Shown in pieces: positions 58,579-64,000 of a stretch of 64,000 nt of DNA. Under the pieces are notes generated by a model that worked only from the letters and a program-made list of their open reading frames with translations, was not told the origin of the DNA and made no database searches. The translations under genes were made by a program, and so were the position numbers. The number at the start of each line of letters is the position of its first letter. The stretch's first letter is position 1. Source of the stretch: an uncultured Dehalococcoidia bacterium (GTDB lineage: Bacteria; Chloroflexota; Dehalococcoidia; Lucifugimonadales; UBA3495); the NCBI GenBank assembly GCA_950072105.1, contig CATMOE010000004.1:32454-96453 (forward strand), read 5' to 3'.

Positions 58579-60285
58579 ATGGAAGGAAAGAAACCCTTGT
58601 CCGAACGAATCTTCATCGGGGTTGCTTGGCCCTACGCCAACGGGCCGCTGCATCTGGGCCACGTCGCCGGTTGCTATCTTTCGGCAGACATCTTCGCCCG
58701 TTATCACCGCGCCAAGGGCAATGAAGTTCTGATGGTTTCGGGAAGCGACAGCCACGGCACCCCCATCACGGTGCGAGCCGAGGCGGAAGGTGTAACCCCG
58801 GAAGAGATACTCAACCGGTACCACCCCCAGTTCCTGGACTCCTGGGATAAACTGGGTATCTCCTTCGACCTTTTCACTTCCACCCACACCGAAAATCACC
58901 AAGAGGTGGTCCACGACCTGTTTAGTGTTCTTTTGGAAAAGGGTTATCTGTACGAGCAGGCGATGCTCCTGGCCTATTGTCCCGACTGCCAACGGTTTCT
59001 GCCCGACCGGTACGTGAACGGCACTTGCCCCCATTGCGGGTTTGAGAGAGCACGAGGCGACCAGTGCGACAATTGCGGTCGAACCCTAGACCCTCAAGAC
59101 TTGATTCAGCCTAGATGCGTGATCTCCAACAGCGAGCCCGAGTTTAGAGAGTCGGAACACTTTTTCCTAAAGCTGTCCGTCTTCGAGAAACCGCTGCTGG
59201 ATTGGGTCAAGCAGCAGACCCACTGGCGGCCCAACGTTCTGAACTTCACCCGCCGTTTTCTTGAGGACGGGCTCAAGGACCGGGCCATCACGCGGGACCT
59301 GACCTGGGGTGTGCCCATACCCTTGGACGGTTATGAAGGTAAACGTATCTACGTGTGGTTCGAGGCGGTGTCCGGTTATCTGTCGGCAGCCGTGGAGTGG
59401 GCCAAATTGCATGGCGACGGCAAGGGCTGGGAAGCCTTCTGGAAGGATCCGGACACTAAGTCGTACTACTTCATCGGCAAAGACAATATACCGTTCCACA
59501 CAATTATCTGGCCGGCGATTCTGATGGCCTATGGTGGAGGACTCAACCTACCTTATGATGTACCTGCCAACGAGTTCCTAAGCCTGGAGGACCGGAAGTT
59601 TTCCACCAGTGAAAACTGGGCCGTGTGGGTGCACGACTACCTGTCCCGATACGACCCGGACCCTCTAAGATACCTGCTGTCCATCAACATGCCGGAGTCC
59701 GGCGATACTAACTTCTCTTGGGCTGAGTTCGTCCGCCGCAATAACGATGAACTGGTGGCCACGTTCGGTAACTTGGTCCACAGAGTTTTGTCCTTCACCT
59801 ACCGGAATTTCGACGAAAAGGTGCCGCCTGCCGGGCCGCCGGGCGACCTAGAACAAGAGCTGCTCCAAAGTGCCCGAGAGGCGATGGATAGCGTCGACCG
59901 GGACCTGCACGATTGCCACTTCAAGGCGGCTATCGGCAGGGCATTTGGCCTGGCCCAGCAGGTCAACCGTTATCTAGATACCAGAGCGCCCTGGCAATCC
60001 ATCAAGACCGACCGGCCGGAGGCGGCAACCACGCTGTATACCGCCATGACAGTGATCAACTGTCTCAAGATGCTGTTGTATCCCTTCCTACCGTTCAGCG
60101 CCCAGCGCCTGCACGAATTTCTGGGGTTGGACGGCACGGTTGAAAGCCTTTCGTGGGACTTCGACGAGTTAGTTCAGGCGATCCAGCCGGGCAATCCGCT
60201 CCGTCAGCCGAGCCCTCTGTACACGAAATTCGACCCCCAGGTGGTGGACGACGAAGTCCAACGCCTGGGCGCCAGCGTGGCCTAG
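58579..60285 (+). CDS. metG: Methionine--tRNA ligase (no C-terminal OB domain)
   Basis: WPYANGPLHLGH, GSDSHGTP, zinc knuckles CPDC/CPHC/CDNC, YVWFEA, FIGKDNIPFH, KFSTS. Confidence 0.96.
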   Translation: MEGKKPLSERIFIGVAWPYANGPLHLGHVAGCYLSADIFARYHRAKGNEVLMVSGSDSHGTPITVRAEAEGVTPEEILNRYHPQFLDSWDKLGISFDLFTSTHTENHQEVVHDLFSVLLEKGYLYEQAMLLAYCPDCQRFLPDRYVNGTCPHCGFERARGDQCDNCGRTLDPQDLIQPRCVISNSEPEFRESEHFFLKLSVFEKPLLDWVKQQTHWRPNVLNFTRRFLEDGLKDRAITRDLTWGVPIPLDGYEGKRIYVWFEAVSGYLSAAVEWAKLHGDGKGWEAFWKDPDTKSYYFIGKDNIPFHTIIWPAILMAYGGGLNLPYDVPANEFLSLEDRKFSTSENWAVWVHDYLSRYDPDPLRYLLSINMPESGDTNFSWAEFVRRNNDELVATFGNLVHRVLSFTYRNFDEKVPPAGPPGDLEQELLQSAREAMDSVDRDLHDCHFKAAIGRAFGLAQQVNRYLDTRAPWQSIKTDRPEAATTLYTAMTVINCLKMLLYPFLPFSAQRLHEFLGLDGTVESLSWDFDELVQAIQPGNPLRQPSPLYTKFDPQVVDDEVQRLGASVA

Positions 60286-60293
60286 GAGGTAAG

Positions 60294-61277
60294 GTGCTCC
60301 AAGGCCTGGATGAACGGACTGCGTCTATCTATGCTCCGATACGTCCCCAGCTAAGTCTGGTGGAGGAGCGGCTGGGAAGCCTACGGGATACTACTCCTGA
60401 TTACCTGGAGCCGCTGCTGGATCACGTGTTGGATTCGGGCGGCAAGCGCATCCGTTCCGCCATCACTTTGCTTGCCGCCGATTTCTTCTCCCATGAACAG
60501 GACAACCCCGTCATCATGGCCGCGGCGGTGGAGTTACTGCACCTGGCGACGCTGATCCATGACGATACCGTGGACGACTCGGACCTGCGCCGGGGCCGCC
60601 CCACGGTCAGCAGCCTTTGGGGTAAGCACGTGGCGGTGCTATTCGGTGACTTCTTATTCGCTACTTCCGCCACCTTTGTTTGCGACACCAACAACGTACG
60701 GGTGATACGCCGTTTCTCCGAAACTATCATGGAACTGGCCACCGGCGAGATGGCGGAATACTTCAACATCTTCAACCTGGAGCAGGCTCAGGAACGCTAC
60801 CACGACCGCATCTATCGGAAAACCGCCTCGCTCTTCCGTACTGCCGGAGAAACCGGGTCCATCCTGGGCGGCGCGGCGGAACTTCAGATTCAAGCGATGT
60901 GCGACTATGGCTATAACATCGGCATGGCCTTCCAAATGGTGGACGACCTGCTGGACGTACAGGGTGACCCGACGAAACTGGGCAAGCCGGTGGGGACCGA
61001 CCTGCTTCAGGGAATCCTAACTCTGCCTACCATCATGCTGATGGAGAGGTTCCCTGACGATAACCCGGTCAAGGCCCTGTTCAACGACCGGACCGAAGAC
61101 GGCCACGTGCGGCGGGCCCTGGATATGATCAACAACTCGGGAATCGTCAAAGACTGTTACCGGGTCATCAGAGAGTTCTGCGACAAAGCCACCCAGTCGT
61201 TGGAAATCATGCCCGACTGCGATGCAAGACGCTCTCTCCTGGACCTACCCGAATACATCCGCGACCGCAGCCGGTAA
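60294..61277 (+). CDS. Polyprenyl diphosphate synthase
   Basis: GGKRIR, ELLHLATLIHDDTVDD..RRG, KTASLF, AFQMVDDLLD, GKPVGTDL..G..TLP; GTG start after AGGAGG. Confidence 0.94.
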   Translation: MLQGLDERTASIYAPIRPQLSLVEERLGSLRDTTPDYLEPLLDHVLDSGGKRIRSAITLLAADFFSHEQDNPVIMAAAVELLHLATLIHDDTVDDSDLRRGRPTVSSLWGKHVAVLFGDFLFATSATFVCDTNNVRVIRRFSETIMELATGEMAEYFNIFNLEQAQERYHDRIYRKTASLFRTAGETGSILGGAAELQIQAMCDYGYNIGMAFQMVDDLLDVQGDPTKLGKPVGTDLLQGILTLPTIMLMERFPDDNPVKALFNDRTEDGHVRRALDMINNSGIVKDCYRVIREFCDKATQSLEIMPDCDARRSLLDLPEYIRDRSR

Positions 61278-61317
61278 AGCCATTCAACTCTGCCCGATAG
61301 AAGATCAGACGCCAGAT

Positions 61318-61380
61318 CCCTTCCCCGTCGACGGGGGAAGGTTAGAGCCTGCCCTGAGCGTAGTCGAAGGGATGGGGGTG
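61318..61380 (+). repeat. Composite repeat with 25-nt CCTGAGCGTAGTCGAAGG insert
   Basis: cccttccccgtcgacgggggaaggttag[agcctgccctgagcgtagtcgaagg]gatgggggtg. Confidence 0.8.
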
Positions 61381-61443
61381 CCGGTCATTGCACTGAAACC
61401 AAGTAAACGCACCGCCGGACTGACTTCCCCTGATTCTCTGACT

Positions 61444-63084
61444 CTAACCCCCGCCCTCCCAAACCACCTGCCCTCCCACCACAGTAAGCACGGCCCGGAT
61501 CTCTTTTAGCTGCTCCGGTTCGGCGGAGAAAGGGTCGGTGTCCAGAAGAACCATGTCGGCCAACATGCCTGGTTGGATGGTTCCCTTGCGTTGTCCGGAG
61601 CCTTCCGAGTTTGCTCCGGAGGATGTGTACATCCTTAATGCTTCGGCAACCGTTATCGTCTGCCCTCGGAACCCGTTAGGCGGTAGAAAAGTCCCGTTGC
61701 TGGTGCGCCGGGTAACGGCGCTGTAGATCGCGGGCCACGGATTGGCGTCTATCACCGGTGCGTCGGACCCGAAGGCCACGGGGATTCCGGACTTGGCCAA
61801 AGCGCCAACCGGATACAGGTCGGGAAGCATGTAGGCGTTGACCCTTTCCAGATAATTGTCCCCATTCCAGAAGATGAATCCTGGCTGGGTTACGACCAGG
61901 CACCCGGACTGGGCGATCTCCGCCATAAGTTGGGGAGGGCATTCGGCGCAGTGCTCGATGCGGTCTACCGGTTGGGCGGAGGTTTCCGATGCAGGTTTGG
62001 GGAGCGGCGCCGCGCCGCTTAACACACGGACTGCGGCCTCGATGGCTTCCTGTTCGATGGCGTGAATGGCGACTGGAAATCCAGAACGATGGGCATTGTC
62101 CACCATGTCGCCCAAAGCCGCCAAGTTTGGATCCAGCGCGCCGGTGGTTAGAGTGAGCATGATCTTGGCGTGGCCCAGCCTCAGTTGATCGCCGCCCGCG
62201 CCCCAGTTCAGCCCAGCGGACTGGAATTCGGCCAGGCGGGAAACCCCGGCAAACATAGTCACCCGGCATGTCAGTGCGCCCGAGGCCTGAAGTTCCTGAA
62301 ATGTTCTCCACCGGTCCATCCCGTTGTCCGGGCCCGCGTCTTGAACCGAGGTTATCCCGTAGCCCAGGAGCGTGTTGTTCAGATGGTGAACACTGGCTTG
62401 GAAAGCAGCTTGGTCCCGCGACGCGCTCAACCGTTGGCGTAAATAACCGGACATCTCGAATAATAGACCGGAGGGTTGGCCGGTATCCACATCCCGGTGA
62501 ATCACTCCTTCCACTGGGTCCGGGGTGGTTTCATTGATGCCGGCCAGATCCAGAGCTTGGCTGTTCAATACGGAGGCATGGCCGCTACGGTGGTCCAGCC
62601 GTACTGGATGATTGGGCGCGGCACGGTCGAGGTCCCAGCGGGTCGGGTGCCGATTCTCCAAGAGGGACAGGTCGTCGTAACCAAAGCCGCAGATCCAGTG
62701 ACCGGCCTCAGTGGTTTCCGCCCGGCGTTTAATCGCCCATTCCAAGTCTTGGATGGACAAGACGGCCCTAGGGCTACAGTCGATACCGTGGAGGGAAGCT
62801 GCCTGGGCCAATACATGGCAGTGGGAATCCACGAACCCGGGCATCAGGGTCTTGCCGCTACAGTCGATGGTTTGGGTGGCCGGGGCGGCCAGTGCGGCAA
62901 TTTCGCTGGAAGAGCCTACGGCGGCGATAGTATTGCCGTGTATCGCCACCGCCTGGGCGCCGGCCTGGTTGTGGTCCATGGTCAGCACCCTGGCGTTGAG
63001 CAGAAGCAGGCTGGGAGGGCCGGTCCCTTCTTGTTGACCTGATCTAGGCGCAAGATTCCGCATTGAACCGGCCCGCCTGAGCAT
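61444..63084 (-). CDS. Amidohydrolase 3 family (YtcJ-like) metal-dependent hydrolase
   Basis: PGFVDSHCH, PTRWDLD, GH..VLNS.AL, AIHAI, RIEH, FGSDAPV, KGTIQPGMLADMVLLD.DP. Confidence 0.92.
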   Translation of the reverse strand: MLRRAGSMRNLAPRSGQQEGTGPPSLLLLNARVLTMDHNQAGAQAVAIHGNTIAAVGSSSEIAALAAPATQTIDCSGKTLMPGFVDSHCHVLAQAASLHGIDCSPRAVLSIQDLEWAIKRRAETTEAGHWICGFGYDDLSLLENRHPTRWDLDRAAPNHPVRLDHRSGHASVLNSQALDLAGINETTPDPVEGVIHRDVDTGQPSGLLFEMSGYLRQRLSASRDQAAFQASVHHLNNTLLGYGITSVQDAGPDNGMDRWRTFQELQASGALTCRVTMFAGVSRLAEFQSAGLNWGAGGDQLRLGHAKIMLTLTTGALDPNLAALGDMVDNAHRSGFPVAIHAIEQEAIEAAVRVLSGAAPLPKPASETSAQPVDRIEHCAECPPQLMAEIAQSGCLVVTQPGFIFWNGDNYLERVNAYMLPDLYPVGALAKSGIPVAFGSDAPVIDANPWPAIYSAVTRRTSNGTFLPPNGFRGQTITVAEALRMYTSSGANSEGSGQRKGTIQPGMLADMVLLDTDPFSAEPEQLKEIRAVLTVVGGQVVWEGGG

Positions 63085-63094
63085 GAATGGGGGG

Positions 63095-63625
63095 CTAGCT
63101 GGTTTTCAGCAGCCGGGCCTCCTCCATCTGCTCCAGCAACGCGGGAACCGGGTCCCTGTCTTGGAATACGTCGGCGTTGCCGTGGTCGGGAGCGTGGCCC
63201 GTGGGGTTGATGATCCAGACCGAGGCTTCCAGAGCGATTCCGTTGGGGTCGGTGAAGTAGATAGAGTGGATGATCTTGTGGTCAATCACCGGGGTAACTT
63301 CCACGCCGGCGGCGGCCAAGCGAGCTTGAAGCTCCAACAATGCATCTTCGTTCTCAACGTCGAAGGAAACGTGGTCAAACTGGAGTTGTCCCTTGGCGGG
63401 CTGTCCGGCCGGCTTGTGGAACTCCTCCACCATGCCCGGCCATTCGAAGAAAGCGATGGTGTTGCTGGGGCCGATCTCAAAAAAGTAATGCCGGTAAGGA
63501 TAGCCGCCGGGAATGTTGCCTACGGCCGCCACCAGGGGCATGCCCAATACGTCCCGGTAGAACCGGACGGTTTTCTCCATGTCGTTGGTGACCATGGCCA
63601 AATGATTTATTCCGCCGAATTTCAT
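63095..63625 (-). CDS. VOC (glyoxalase/bleomycin resistance) family protein
   Basis: GINHLA.V..DM..T.RFY.DVLGM, HYFF, DHVSF, SIYFTDPNGIALE. Confidence 0.92.
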   Translation of the reverse strand: MKFGGINHLAMVTNDMEKTVRFYRDVLGMPLVAAVGNIPGGYPYRHYFFEIGPSNTIAFFEWPGMVEEFHKPAGQPAKGQLQFDHVSFDVENEDALLELQARLAAAGVEVTPVIDHKIIHSIYFTDPNGIALEASVWIINPTGHAPDHGNADVFQDRDPVPALLEQMEEARLLKTS

Positions 63626-63850
63626 TTCGTTTTCCTCTCTTATCAACCGCGTTGTTTCAGTATATCACCAGTTATCGCGGCCTCACGGTTGCGGCTCAAA
63701 ATTGCTTCACTGGTGCTGGCTTACGCCATGGGCAATGTCCTCAGACTGGATTTGATTGCTAGATGAATCATTGCTCAAGCAACAATATATACGATATTAC
63801 TTGCACTGTCAACTATTGCGCGGCGAATCGATTTTATTTAGAATGGGTAC

Positions 63851-64000
63851 ATGGCCTCACGATCAAGCCAAGAGCAAATATCCGTATGGCGGTCCTTTCT
63901 GGAAGTTCACTCTGCGGTTATCAAGGCGTTGGAAAAGGAACTGATAGAGGACCAAAGCTTTTCCTTGACTTGGTACGACGTTCTGACCCACCTCTCCGAG
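63851..64000 (+). CDS. MarR-family transcriptional regulator, 3'-truncated by the window edge
   Basis: MASRSSQEQISVWRSFLEVHSAVIKALEKELIEDQSFSLTWYDVLTHLSE; open to the window end and absent from the ORF track. Confidence 0.75.
   Translation, partial: MASRSSQEQISVWRSFLEVHSAVIKALEKELIEDQSFSLTWYDVLTHLSE

Noticed and set aside
63756-63944. 62-aa ORF from the track
   Set aside because: Wrong frame; the MarR-like frame starting at 63851 is the credible gene.

Overview
This is a bacterial chromosomal window, GC-rich and mostly core or metabolic genes. The gene content points to Chloroflexota/Dehalococcoidia, probably SAR202-like (inference): a luciferase-like monooxygenase, T-box riboswitches, an N-terminally extended GreA, an archaellin-type gene and many catabolic oxidoreductases/hydrolases. 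Housekeeping genes include rarA, ltaE, lspA, a RluA-family synthase, gltX, glnS, mtaB, fumC, tsaD, tilS, an accD-accA fusion, mrp, greA, ilvB-ilvN-ilvC-leuA and metG. I saw no tRNA, rRNA, CRISPR array, transposase or full integrase. Most notable: (1) a sigma70 promoter, a ~255-nt multi-branched structured leader, then a GreA fused to a tyrosine-recombinase core-binding-like domain; (2) an orphan archaellin-like gene in a bacterium; (3) an AhpD/CMD protein lacking its second Cys and fused to a phage-primase-type winged helix; (4) two AHAS paralogs whose T-box specifiers (Ile vs Leu) match their substrate-specificity residue (Trp vs Leu); (5) a peroxiredoxin with an in-frame UGA at the peroxidatic position, probably a selenoprotein; (6) a 1.38-kb padR islet bounded by a 34-bp duplication of the leuA 3' end; (7) several intergenic repeat families, one nested in another. 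All family assignments come from motif recognition by eye, not database searches.
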